Shown: in pieces, positions 27,044 through 35,571 of the stretch
Layout of the letters: the number at the start of each line of letters is the position of its first letter
How positions within the stretch are numbered: position 1 is the stretch's first letter
Source: a virus
Taxonomy: Duplodnaviria > Heunggongvirae > Uroviricota > Caudoviricetes > Demerecviridae
Direction: 5' to 3' (one strand)
IMG/VR virus record: IMGVR_UViG_2706796127_000001
Span: 64,001 to 111,325 of that record
DNA length: 47,325 nt
Position numbers and translations under genes: made by a program
The notes under the pieces: generated by a model
The model's database searches: none
Told to the model about the DNA's origin: nothing
The model's input: only the letters and a program-made list of their open reading frames with translations

Positions 27044-27583
27044 TTACGTGCGGGCGTGTATGTGCGAATCCGACCCATTTTTGGTAGTGTGCAAATCCGA
27101 CCCTAAAATTTCATCCCTCCATTTTACTAGGAACTCCAAATCGTAGGAACACTTGGACTTAGTGCCGCTGCTAGTGGGCACATAAGCTCGATAATAGTCC
27201 CCTTTCGATGTAGTACGAGCTACACGGATATATTTTGGTAGATTAATTGTTTTGATATTAGTATCTCTACGATTCCTAGCATTTTTATAATCAGGGATTT
27301 GACGTAAATTTTCTGGACTATTGTTAGTGGGGTCTTGATCTATATGATCTACCTGAAGCTCGGGATCAACACTGCCATTATGCAGGCAGAAAATAATCCG
27401 GGAAACCGCTAGAGTCCCTATCCCATTTACAAAGACCACAAAAGATTTCCTACCTTTCCCGTCGTCCCTTAAAGTGCCTGTATGTTTTCTTTTAGGTAAT
27501 CTACTCAGCCCACTGGGACTTGAGGGGTCAATAAAAAATAAGTCTTTCATTTGTGCGTATTCGATAGGTATATATCTTGACAT
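27044..27583 (-). CDS. HNH homing endonuclease inside the injection-stop repeats
   Basis: AVSRIIF...VDHIDQDPTNNSPENLR; start moved to MSRYIP behind GGAGG (179 aa). Confidence 0.85.
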   Translation of the reverse strand: MSRYIPIEYAQMKDLFFIDPSSPSGLSRLPKRKHTGTLRDDGKGRKSFVVFVNGIGTLAVSRIIFCLHNGSVDPELQVDHIDQDPTNNSPENLRQIPDYKNARNRRDTNIKTINLPKYIRVARTTSKGDYYRAYVPTSSGTKSKCSYDLEFLVKWRDEILGSDLHTTKNGSDSHIHART

Positions 27584-27608
27584 AATAAAATTCCTCCTAT
27601 GAAGTAAT

Positions 27609-27637
27609 ATTATAACAAAATTTTCGAAAGTGTGCAA
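27609..27637 (-). promoter_or_regulatory. Promoter for the HNH gene
   Basis: TTGCAC-17 bp-TATAAT. Confidence 0.7.
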
Positions 27638-28449
27638 GTGAAATTTTTATATTTGAAAATAACCGCCCTCCCCATAACCGCCCTATTCGAATCCTGTGTT
27701 ATTTACTAGAGTATGTGCAAATACGACAGGGGTTTATTAGTGCAAAACCGACAAGATTTTTGTGACTTCGATGAGAGGGTGTGTGATTGTGTGAGTTTGG
27801 AGAGAAGTTGAGAGAGCGAGAGAAAATTAGGGGAACTGCGAGAGGGGCGCATGTTTGGTGCTGGGCACCCGATTTGCGGGGATTTTGGGGAAGAGTTGAG
27901 AAGATTTGGGTTAATTTGAGATTAGAGGAGATAAAGTAAAATTTTATTAGCAAAACGGGGCAAAATAGCTTGACAAGTGAAAATTTCTGTGGCTCTAAAA
28001 ACTCAGGCAATCATGGGCCTTCGGCCCGAAATAATGCTGCTATTTTCAGGAGATTATATGTTCCTAAAAACTTAGGCAATTGTGCAAATCCGACCATAAA
28101 TTTCTAGAAACACAATGTGCAAATCCGACAGTAATTTCTGGAAAAGTGTTTTCAAAAAATGTCTTCTAGAAATAACCGCCCTCCCTATAACCGCCCTGTA
28201 TTAAACCGCCTAGTATATGTTCCTAGAAACTTAGGAGAACCGCCTACTAGAAGTGTGATATCTCGTGAGTATTTCGTGAGAACTCTGGAGTTTCTAGGAA
28301 AGTGTTGTGCCATCCTAGCAGATGAGCGGCAACAGGTGTATCATCTTGAATGTAAATTATATGGTCAAAAGTTTTACTTTTATTTTAAATATAAGATCCC
28401 CCAGGGTTCTCATATAGAGGTTTGCCCCCGCCAGAAGGTCTCGTGATGT

Positions 28450-28586
28450 TTCTAGCAATTTATATTAAATTACTTATTAACTTGTCCTGTCGCTCCGTAT
28501 CCTCCGCTACAAGTTAGTAATTTTAAATTACTGAACCACCACACCTTCTGTGTGGCAACTCTAAATGGTTAATTCTATTAACTCAT
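28450..28586 (-). ncRNA. Candidate structured small RNA with GGA-rich loop
   Basis: No credible ORF; four consecutive hairpins downstream of a consensus promoter. Confidence 0.4.
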
Positions 28587-28592
28587 AGAGTT

Positions 28593-28621
28593 ATGATAAC
28601 ATACATTTAGCTATCTGTCAA
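28593..28621 (-). promoter_or_regulatory. Promoter with no downstream ORF
   Basis: TTGACA-17 bp-TATCAT with extended TG. Confidence 0.7.
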
Positions 28622-28677
28622 CGAGAGTTTGTATTTGAGTCTCGGTACAGGTATTGTGCACCGAGACATGCAGAGTA

Positions 28678-29562
28678 TTATAGTAATTCTTGGTATGCTT
28701 TTTGATACGCCTCAGTGTCAATAGGTGTACCTTTTGCTAACGCAATTAGTTCATCTGTTATCTGAATATCAGTATTATAACGTGTGTGGAACTCATCAGG
28801 AATTTCTAGATACCTATTGATGAATGCTGCAGCAAGCGGTGAAGCTAAACCAATCTCTAGAGATATCTTAACTTGTTTCTCATAAATTAAATACTGAGAA
28901 TCAGATGGGATTGGTGGGGTTACATCAACTTTTTCTGGTTCTTTTTCTGGAAGCAATGGATTGTTATACAATGCTTCATCTGGAAGCACAGATTTACGCT
29001 CTTTAAATATATAAGTTTCTAGATCCGATGCTTTAGATCCTGAGTATACAGCAAAAACGCTAGCTTTACCTTGAGATGCTCTAACGGGTAAATAGTTAGT
29101 TGGGTAGCTCCTTAATGCATCGTGGAATGGACTTCCTGAGTATTTGTACGTATCCCCATAGAGATCATCAATATTCATTCGTTCATCTTCAAAAATGTGG
29201 AAAGAGCTAAATGATGGGATAGTAAAGTATTCCATCTGTAACCCATAAACTAAGAAACGGTGTGCATATGCGCTAATCTTTAAGACTGTGAATGCTTTTT
29301 CACCTTCCTTATAAGAATTGCCCTTTGAAGTAACTTGATAACGCTTACAGAACATCTCTACTAGACGTTTCTCATTAATATTGAGTGAGGAATATAAACG
29401 TCCATTTAGTCCTAGAAGGGCATCGAACATAAATGCTAACTTATCTTTTTCTTCTTGAGACAGTTCTGGAAATGGTAATACTTTGGCGTTAGGAACATTA
29501 TTGTTCTCTTTAGGTTTTGTTTTACCAGCATTTTGTCTTAGTTTATCTTTAAAGTTATACAT
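28678..29562 (-). CDS. Early hypothetical protein
   Basis: 294 aa, GGGGGA SD. Confidence 0.85.
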   Translation of the reverse strand: MYNFKDKLRQNAGKTKPKENNNVPNAKVLPFPELSQEEKDKLAFMFDALLGLNGRLYSSLNINEKRLVEMFCKRYQVTSKGNSYKEGEKAFTVLKISAYAHRFLVYGLQMEYFTIPSFSSFHIFEDERMNIDDLYGDTYKYSGSPFHDALRSYPTNYLPVRASQGKASVFAVYSGSKASDLETYIFKERKSVLPDEALYNNPLLPEKEPEKVDVTPPIPSDSQYLIYEKQVKISLEIGLASPLAAAFINRYLEIPDEFHTRYNTDIQITDELIALAKGTPIDTEAYQKAYQELL

Positions 29563-29641
29563 TATTATCCCCCGTTTTTAAGGTCTGGATGACCTTCTTT
29601 TTATTTTAGAGCCTCCGTAGAGGCTCGTGTATTAGGAATTA

Positions 29642-30256
29642 TTAATCCTTTTTACTTTCGTTAATAACAGTCCCTAGTGCCTCCATAATAGCATCCTCTA
29701 AACTTCCATGTTTACTAGGATTATTAAAATGAATAGTATATGAGTTCCTAGAAACTCCAGCATCCGCAGGTGCTACGCTTCTCATATCAGATTCAAAAGC
29801 TTCTTGAGTATGTTTCAACTGTACAGAAGGGCCGTAATCTTCACCAAACTTATATGACTGCGTACTACTTATCACACCCCCACAAGGAACATTGTGCAAA
29901 TCCGACATTAATCTTTTATCGGAGTTATTCAGCATTGAGATTGTCCCTGACTGCCACGGATCTCTAATAGTCACTGGAGTACTAGGGCGGTTCACCTCGG
30001 TCTTCACGAGTTTGTACCCTGCATCGATTAATGCGTTGATTAGATTATCAGCTGGGATGCGAGCCGTGCCAAAAATCTTACGAGCATCTTCGAGCTTACC
30101 TTCAAGATCTTTACAGGCTCTAAGGTCAGTGTGTGCAAATGTTAGCTTCATAGATTTGAACTGTACAGTGGCAGTTAAGTCTTTAAAGCTATAATCCCAT
30201 GTGTTCAGTTCATGATCTGGTACTACTTGAATAGATTGTTGCGCATTAAAAGTCAT
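29642..30256 (-). CDS. Early hypothetical protein
   Basis: 204 aa, GGAG SD. Confidence 0.85.
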   Translation of the reverse strand: MTFNAQQSIQVVPDHELNTWDYSFKDLTATVQFKSMKLTFAHTDLRACKDLEGKLEDARKIFGTARIPADNLINALIDAGYKLVKTEVNRPSTPVTIRDPWQSGTISMLNNSDKRLMSDLHNVPCGGVISSTQSYKFGEDYGPSVQLKHTQEAFESDMRSVAPADAGVSRNSYTIHFNNPSKHGSLEDAIMEALGTVINESKKD

Positions 30257-30441
30257 TATTTATTCTCCAGTTTGTCTAGCAGCTTATGAGCTGCAAGATT
30301 ATATTGTTTAAGTTCACGATTAAGGATTTGGTTTTCACACTTTAACTCCAAATTCTTATTATTAAGAATATTACAGATTAGTAGAAGTGCTAGTATAACT
30401 AGCAGGGAACCCACGAGCATTAAAAGAAAAAGAGTTTCCAT
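30256..30441 (-). CDS. Small membrane-anchored coiled-coil protein
   Basis: 61 aa, N-terminal TM helix, coupled to neighbours. Confidence 0.75.
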   Translation of the reverse strand: METLFLLMLVGSLLVILALLLICNILNNKNLELKCENQILNRELKQYNLAAHKLLDKLENK

Positions 30442-30674
30442 TATTTAACTCCCATGTAACGTTTGAGATATATGATGAAGTCTTCTGCTGTATGCTCTAC
30501 GCTACCTTGAGCTACAAATACTTTTAAGGCCTCTCGTTGTAGTTTAAGAGCAGCCAACTCACCACGTAATTTTATTAGATCTTCTGCTAGTTCTCTAGCT
30601 CTACGCATAATAGCAAAAGATACAAGTACTACGATGAATAACATAACTACTAAAATAATTGCTATGATTTCCAT
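30441..30674 (-). CDS. Small membrane-anchored coiled-coil protein
   Basis: 77 aa, N-terminal TM helix. Confidence 0.75.
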   Translation of the reverse strand: MEIIAIILVVMLFIVVLVSFAIMRRARELAEDLIKLRGELAALKLQREALKVFVAQGSVEHTAEDFIIYLKRYMGVK

Positions 30675-30952
30675 ATTAACATCCAGCTTTTATCACACAT
30701 TTGGGCATGATCTATCAGTTCATTCATTGATGTGTTGTTATCATAAATGCACTCTAGTATATACCTTCTGTCAAATTCGTCAACCAAATATTCTACGTTA
30801 TTTATTACTACTTTATACAGATCTGGGACTAGTGAGCATGTATTTGGTATGGGGCGACTGCTTAAGTCTATTTCATTATAGCCCCACGTTGTTTTAAATA
30901 GTTTGTTACTAAGTGCTGCTAATGGATTTGACCATATAATATAGCTACTCAC
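30662..30952 (-). CDS. Hypothetical protein
   Basis: 96 aa within the coupled minus-strand operon. Confidence 0.7.
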   Translation of the reverse strand: MSSYIIWSNPLAALSNKLFKTTWGYNEIDLSSRPIPNTCSLVPDLYKVVINNVEYLVDEFDRRYILECIYDNNTSMNELIDHAQMCDKSWMLIWKS

Positions 30953-31391
30953 TATTTATCTCCATTCTTAACTTTGAAAACTTATTATACCAAATTATAT
31001 GATTATCGTCAATTACAAATTTATGATAACATGCTGGTACGGTATAAGTTCCATAATCTGTGACACGCTGCACAACCTTGTGTGCACACAGTCGACAACC
31101 ATGCCCTTCTAAATGAGATCTAGCAGTTTGCCAGTAATAACCATCATGATCTGGACAATAGATCTCGACTTGCTGTTGCATTGTTTTGTAATTTACACGC
31201 TCATACCCAAAGAAAGCTCCATGAACTGCAACAGCTTTCTTTATAAATATAAGGTTTAGTGCTTCTTGTTGAAAGTCGGGATGTAGCTGTTTAATCTTAG
31301 TTCTATTAATAGATCCATCCGATTTGATAAACCTATTTATCGGGAAGTTGTTAGCTTCCTCGATTAGTAATTCATTTACTTTTTCTCTCAT
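30945..31391 (-). CDS. Zn-ribbon-containing hypothetical protein
   Basis: YCPDHDGYYWQTARSHLEGHGCRLC; start moved to MREKVNE (148 aa). Confidence 0.7.
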   Translation of the reverse strand: MREKVNELLIEEANNFPINRFIKSDGSINRTKIKQLHPDFQQEALNLIFIKKAVAVHGAFFGYERVNYKTMQQQVEIYCPDHDGYYWQTARSHLEGHGCRLCAHKVVQRVTDYGTYTVPACYHKFVIDDNHIIWYNKFSKLRMEINSE

Positions 31392-31392
31392 A

Positions 31393-31596
31393 TTAGATAT
31401 TCTCACAGCTAAGGTAGAAACATTCGTAAGCATCACCAGTAAACTCTTTATCTTGTAGTATACACTTAGCCTGGTCTTCTGGTACTCCAGCATCTAATAA
31501 TTGTTGTTTACTTGGCTTTTCAGCGAATACCTTTACAAAATATTCACCATCCTGATTATACTCATTTATATCTCTAGTAAGGACATATACTTGCAT
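31393..31596 (-). CDS. Hypothetical protein
   Basis: Likely start MQVYVLTRD (67 aa, AAGGAA SD). Confidence 0.7.
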   Translation of the reverse strand: MQVYVLTRDINEYNQDGEYFVKVFAEKPSKQQLLDAGVPEDQAKCILQDKEFTGDAYECFYLSCENI

Positions 31597-31615
31597 TTGA
31601 AGTTCCTTGAAACAC

Positions 31616-31644
31616 AAAAGGCCAGAACAATTAAGTCCTGGCCT
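31616..31644 (-). terminator. Intrinsic terminator
   Basis: AGGCCAG/CTGGCCT stem followed by TTTT on the minus strand. Confidence 0.6.
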
Positions 31645-31650
31645 CTAGAA

Positions 31651-32022
31651 TTAATGAAGTTGTTTACCACTTCTTAAAATAGTGGCCGTTTCCATAAGAT
31701 TTAACGTTGTATCACGCTTTCTGATTTGTTTGTCGAGTTCATCGGTACGTTTGCCAATGTAAGCGTTAATAGCCATATTCATAGCTGAGGCGAGATCTTC
31801 TTTGGTTATCTCTTCATCATCTAAAGCTAATTTAGCCAAAGAATCGAAAGTACTAGAAAGTCCTATAAGATCAGAAGCTTCCCCCGCCAAAATAGGGTTA
31901 AGATTATCTATTGTTACTTCTAACATAGAGTTAACAATATCTTCTCCGTCTACTAGACCAGATTCAATATTACTCTCCCATTCCTTCATCTGCTCCAGCA
32001 ATGGATTTTTCTTTTCTGTCAT
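31651..32022 (-). CDS. Acidic helical hypothetical protein
   Basis: Likely start MTEKKNPLL (123 aa, AGGA SD). Confidence 0.75.
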   Translation of the reverse strand: MTEKKNPLLEQMKEWESNIESGLVDGEDIVNSMLEVTIDNLNPILAGEASDLIGLSSTFDSLAKLALDDEEITKEDLASAMNMAINAYIGKRTDELDKQIRKRDTTLNLMETATILRSGKQLH

Positions 32023-32431
32023 GGTAGAGGTTTCCTGTGTCAGTTGGTAAGAAGGATGATTGCGTTTTAGGTGGATGTTGTTTAGCAATCCAGTTAAGAA
32101 TCAGTACACGACTAGGGACAATATCGGTATTATACCAGAAATCATGAACCCACTGACGAGCATCCTCAAACTTACCAAATTTATATGCTTTCTTAAACAA
32201 TTCAAACCCAAAACAATCCGGTGTAAAGTCTACTTCACGATATTGAACTACTTTAGAACCAGTTAGGTCTTGGATCGCTGCATTAATTTCTGTATGCGAG
32301 AATTTTGTTTCGTGAAACTTGTTAAAGAATCGGTAGTTGAAGCGTCCGTTCGTTTCGACAAACAACTGGATGAAGAGATCGTTAAATTGGTTATCAAACC
32401 AGTAATTCTGTAGTTGTTGTAGTGCTGTCAT
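31970..32431 (-). CDS. Hypothetical protein
   Basis: 153 aa. Confidence 0.75.
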   Translation of the reverse strand: MTALQQLQNYWFDNQFNDLFIQLFVETNGRFNYRFFNKFHETKFSHTEINAAIQDLTGSKVVQYREVDFTPDCFGFELFKKAYKFGKFEDARQWVHDFWYNTDIVPSRVLILNWIAKQHPPKTQSSFLPTDTGNLYHDRKEKSIAGADEGMGE

Positions 32432-32628
32432 TTACGAACTCCGTTAATTGCCACGATGATGCCTTCGTACATAAAAGGAAGTAGTCCAGAAGTGTAGAAG
32501 ATATTTTCTGTTATTCCTAGATGTCGAAAAAGTATATTAAATAATGCTGTTAGAAATACAATCTGAGGCAGTAATACAAAATACTCAGTTACAATCTTTG
32601 GTGCCTGATAAACAAGACGTTTTATCAT
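32428..32628 (-). CDS. Small membrane protein
   Basis: 66 aa, two hydrophobic segments. Confidence 0.65.
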   Translation of the reverse strand: MIKRLVYQAPKIVTEYFVLLPQIVFLTALFNILFRHLGITENIFYTSGLLPFMYEGIIVAINGVRK

Positions 32629-32731
32629 TGTTTTTAAGTCTCCTTATTACTTTGGCCTGCTCCACAATAATAAAAACTGCAAGCACTAATAGTGCTATTA
32701 GCCCCGCAGTAATTGGTACTAAATCAATCAT
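32585..32731 (-). CDS. Small membrane protein, 48 aa
   Basis: MIDLVPITAGLIALLVLAVFIIVEQAKVIRRLKNNDKTSCLSGTKDCN; ATGA overlap with the upstream gene. Confidence 0.55.
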   Translation of the reverse strand: MIDLVPITAGLIALLVLAVFIIVEQAKVIRRLKNNDKTSCLSGTKDCN

Positions 32732-33054
32732 GGGAGACGCCATACGTAACTAGCTGTCTGTAGAGTCTTAGGTATGTCATCATGATACATTACTACAGAC
32801 TTTGGTGAATAACTATCAGCTAGCTCTTTACGAATCATCTTATATTCTTCACCAGTATCGATATTTTTAACTATCACTTTCATATTAAGAGGTGTTAATA
32901 CAGAAAGTGGTTTCCAGGAGTCCTCAATCTCAATTCCTACCTTTTTCTCGATTAACATGAGAACTTCTAGTGTATCATCTGGAATACTAATATTATTATT
33001 CACAAACTGTAATATCTCATGTAAGGTATTTAATTCATTAAAATTAAGCTTCAT
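32728..33054 (-). CDS. Hypothetical protein
   Basis: 108 aa. Confidence 0.75.
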   Translation of the reverse strand: MKLNFNELNTLHEILQFVNNNISIPDDTLEVLMLIEKKVGIEIEDSWKPLSVLTPLNMKVIVKNIDTGEEYKMIRKELADSYSPKSVVMYHDDIPKTLQTASYVWRLP

Positions 33055-33289
33055 CTTTAAGAATATCCTCTACCATATCACAAGACTGTTGCAATTCATC
33101 AGCAATACGTTTAATATCGGTTTTTGTTACTTTACCAGCTAATATCACTAGTAACATAGAAAAGATAATAAGTGGGACTGGAATAACAAATAAAGCTACC
33201 TTAACAACATTCTTTGGCGTCCATGTGTGGTATTTAGTGACTAGTACACCAACCACAATCAAATAAAATGCGAGAATAAACATCATCAT
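33044..33289 (-). CDS. Membrane protein
   Basis: 81 aa, two TM helices. Confidence 0.75.
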   Translation of the reverse strand: MMMFILAFYLIVVGVLVTKYHTWTPKNVVKVALFVIPVPLIIFSMLLVILAGKVTKTDIKRIADELQQSCDMVEDILKDEA

Positions 33290-33567
33290 TTTTTAATCTC
33301 CGTAATTATCTGTGCACGCATTACTTTATTAGGTAATTTTGTATTCCCAGCTATTGCTTCAATATTGTTTAATTTTTCTTTTAGAATATCTGAGCGTCTT
33401 TGTGCTAGTTCAATATCTTGTTCTTGTTCTATTAAGCGACAGTGGAGTCCACTATTAGTAATAAGCATACTCTCCATGTTTTTTCGTATGCTTACAATAC
33501 CAATAATCCCACCTATAGCTATTAGTGTCATAAGCACTAGCAATCCAATGAGAATTTCTGTAATCAT
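33286..33567 (-). CDS. Membrane-anchored coiled-coil protein
   Basis: 93 aa, N-terminal TM helix. Confidence 0.75.
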   Translation of the reverse strand: MITEILIGLLVLMTLIAIGGIIGIVSIRKNMESMLITNSGLHCRLIEQEQDIELAQRRSDILKEKLNNIEAIAGNTKLPNKVMRAQIITEIKK

Positions 33568-34100
33568 TTATTTAAGTCCTCTAAAGTAGGTAAGGGTTTT
33601 GTATGATCAAAAGTTTCTATAACAGCATTAGGCCCATGTAGTTCTAAACGTAGTTCATTAGCTCTTTGAACTGCAAACTCTAAATCTAGATACCTAAAGT
33701 AGCCTCCGTGTACTGTAATGCTTTCGGCGCTTCTGGCCTGGACTCTCCATTGTTGTCGATCTTTTTTCCAGGTAACTCCTAAGTACCCCGAATTAGATTG
33801 AGCGATTTTGCTACGATTATTTTCTTGGGACGTACAATCTTTTAAATTACACCATCTATTATCTTTTCTTATATTATTTAAGTGGTGTACTAGATTTGGA
33901 ATATACCCCTCCATGTACAAAAAGGCTAACCTATGGGCTGCATATCTTTTTCTATTTATCCCAATAAATATATAACCATCCTTATCAGGACTACCAGCAA
34001 TACTACCTGCTTTACCTCGTCCTCTACTGACTTTCCTTATAAACTCGCCCGTTTCCGGGCGGTATTCAAATAACTCTTTTAATCTTTCTTGTGTTAGCAT
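33564..34100 (-). CDS. HNH homing endonuclease with AP2-like tail
   Basis: YAAHRLAF...VHHLNNIRKDNRWCNL; SGYLGVTWKKDRQQWRVQ. Confidence 0.88.
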   Translation of the reverse strand: MLTQERLKELFEYRPETGEFIRKVSRGRGKAGSIAGSPDKDGYIFIGINRKRYAAHRLAFLYMEGYIPNLVHHLNNIRKDNRWCNLKDCTSQENNRSKIAQSNSGYLGVTWKKDRQQWRVQARSAESITVHGGYFRYLDLEFAVQRANELRLELHGPNAVIETFDHTKPLPTLEDLNK

Positions 34101-34372
34101 TTTTTCTTTAATTGCTTGACTTCACGCTCAAAGCTAGCTGCTCGGCGTTCTGCCACTGCTTGATGCTCCTTAGCAAAGCGTGCCTCTTGTTTTGCTAAGT
34201 TAAAGGCCATAGCGTTCTTGTTAAGAGAATCATACATCTTCTTCATCGCCGGAATAGACATTTTCATCAGTTGCCCCTCAAATCCTTGCATGTCGAGGAG
34301 AATTGCTAATACATTGGCCATTTCAGTCTTGGTAAGGTTAGAGGCGTCGAAGTCTTTAGTCATGTTTTCCAT
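34094..34372 (-). CDS. Coiled-coil hypothetical protein
   Basis: Likely start MENMTKDF behind GAGGAA (92 aa). Confidence 0.75.
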   Translation of the reverse strand: MENMTKDFDASNLTKTEMANVLAILLDMQGFEGQLMKMSIPAMKKMYDSLNKNAMAFNLAKQEARFAKEHQAVAERRAASFEREVKQLKKKC

Positions 34373-34404
34373 TAGAATTTCCTCTCTCATTAATTTATGA
34401 ACTT

Positions 34405-34433
34405 ATTATACAGAATTTTAAGGCTTAAAGCAA
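34405..34433 (-). promoter_or_regulatory. Early promoter
   Basis: TTGCTT-17 bp-TATAAT. Confidence 0.8.
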
Positions 34434-34450
34434 CTGAATTTTTTAATTAC

Positions 34451-34882
34451 TTACCAATCGTTAACAACGCCGGAGAACTCAGAAGCAAAAACTTTTTCAA
34501 ATTTCTCTGCAATTTCAGGATGATCTTTGCAGATCAGCTCAATACAGGCTTCTGGAGTCATACCTTCATCTTCAGGATCGCCATAGTATTTATCCCAAAG
34601 ATCATCAGGAATGATATGCTCCGCCAAATCTTGGAAAGAGATTAACTGATAACGTTCTGCCTCCTCAGCGATAAGAATTTCGCACAGATCTTTATCTATA
34701 TCGCTACGATAATCCGCAATTAATAGGGCATTGCAAGCATGACATTCCCAGACCATCAAACGTTCAGAGATAGGATTAGACTTATCCTGAACGTAAGACT
34801 GGAACAAGGTTCGGAAAGTTGCCTTAACTTGTTCAAACTTATCTGCTGCTGCGAAAACTAGAGCTTTATCAACTTTGTTCAT
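34451..34882 (-). CDS. Acidic hypothetical protein
   Basis: 143 aa, AAGGA SD. Confidence 0.8.
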   Translation of the reverse strand: MNKVDKALVFAAADKFEQVKATFRTLFQSYVQDKSNPISERLMVWECHACNALLIADYRSDIDKDLCEILIAEEAERYQLISFQDLAEHIIPDDLWDKYYGDPEDEGMTPEACIELICKDHPEIAEKFEKVFASEFSGVVNDW

Positions 34883-34912
34883 TTTGATTCCTTCTCATCA
34901 ATTTATAAAGTA

Positions 34913-34941
34913 ATTATACAGAAACTTAAGCATTTTAGCAA
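34913..34941 (-). promoter_or_regulatory. Early promoter
   Basis: TTGCTA-17 bp-TATAAT. Confidence 0.8.
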
Positions 34942-35057
34942 ATAAAACTTTTAATTAAAATGCCTAATCCCGTGCCAATAGCAATACAAATGATTATAAG
35001 TATTGCTATCGCTTGTATGATTCGTTTAATAATAGCCTCAGCTATATACTTAGACAT
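34935..35057 (-). CDS. Small membrane protein, 40 aa
   Basis: MSKYIAEAIIKRIIQAIAILIIICIAIGTGLGILIKSFIC. Confidence 0.55.
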   Translation of the reverse strand: MSKYIAEAIIKRIIQAIAILIIICIAIGTGLGILIKSFIC

Positions 35058-35571
35058 TTAACATCCAGCTAGTTTTATCATGCGAAGTGTACTTACCACT
35101 CATGATGTCTTCCAGGCGTACTGGAGATTTTGCATACTCGACGCAAACATTAATATAACGAGGGTCTCCCATTAACTCAAAGTGAGTATGTCCATGTAAG
35201 TTCTTTTTACCTCTCAGCTCCCCAGAGTGTATTGGAGCATGGGAAAGCCAGAAGTTTTTATACTTAACTAGTGATTGTACGTTATCTACAACCCCTATTA
35301 AGTCTTTGAAAGATAATCCTTCTCGTTCTAAGTCGTGGTTTCCCAGAACTAACGTAGTTCTAACATTGCCAAAGAGTTTTTCGAACTTCTCCAAACCATT
35401 TCTAGATACAAATGCGTCTCCTAAAATATAGAATACTGTACGCTTATCTTTCATGGATGTAATAGTATCCATAATAAATTCATCATGTTCTTCCATAGTA
35501 GAGAAGATTGGTCTGAATTTAATAATATTTGCATGCCCCAAGTGGAGGTCACTCCAAAAGCGAACTTTCAT
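35050..35571 (-). CDS. Calcineurin-like metallophosphoesterase
   Basis: SDLHLGH, GD, GNHD, SH, HGHTH motifs. Confidence 0.9.
   Translation of the reverse strand: MKVRFWSDLHLGHANIIKFRPIFSTMEEHDEFIMDTITSMKDKRTVFYILGDAFVSRNGLEKFEKLFGNVRTTLVLGNHDLEREGLSFKDLIGVVDNVQSLVKYKNFWLSHAPIHSGELRGKKNLHGHTHFELMGDPRYINVCVEYAKSPVRLEDIMSGKYTSHDKTSWMLNV

Larger units (their letters stand above)
17700..27900. other. Terminal repeat / first-step-transfer region, present as a single collapsed copy (boundaries approximate)
   Basis: Contains dmp, A1, A2 and the injection-stop repeats, and joins the late genes directly to the early genes. Exact ends cannot be read from sequence alone. Confidence 0.6.
27016..28129 (+). 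repeat. Dispersed direct repeats GTGCAAATCCGAC
   Basis: Copies at 27016, 27062, 27089, 27715, 27740, 28082, 28117 (0-1 mismatch) and one more at 29894. Confidence 0.9.

Noticed and set aside
26894-28446. ORF-track entries 26894-27106(+), 27699-28010(-) and 28159-28446(+)
   Set aside because: They are translations of repeat or low-complexity DNA with no good SD and no protein-like composition
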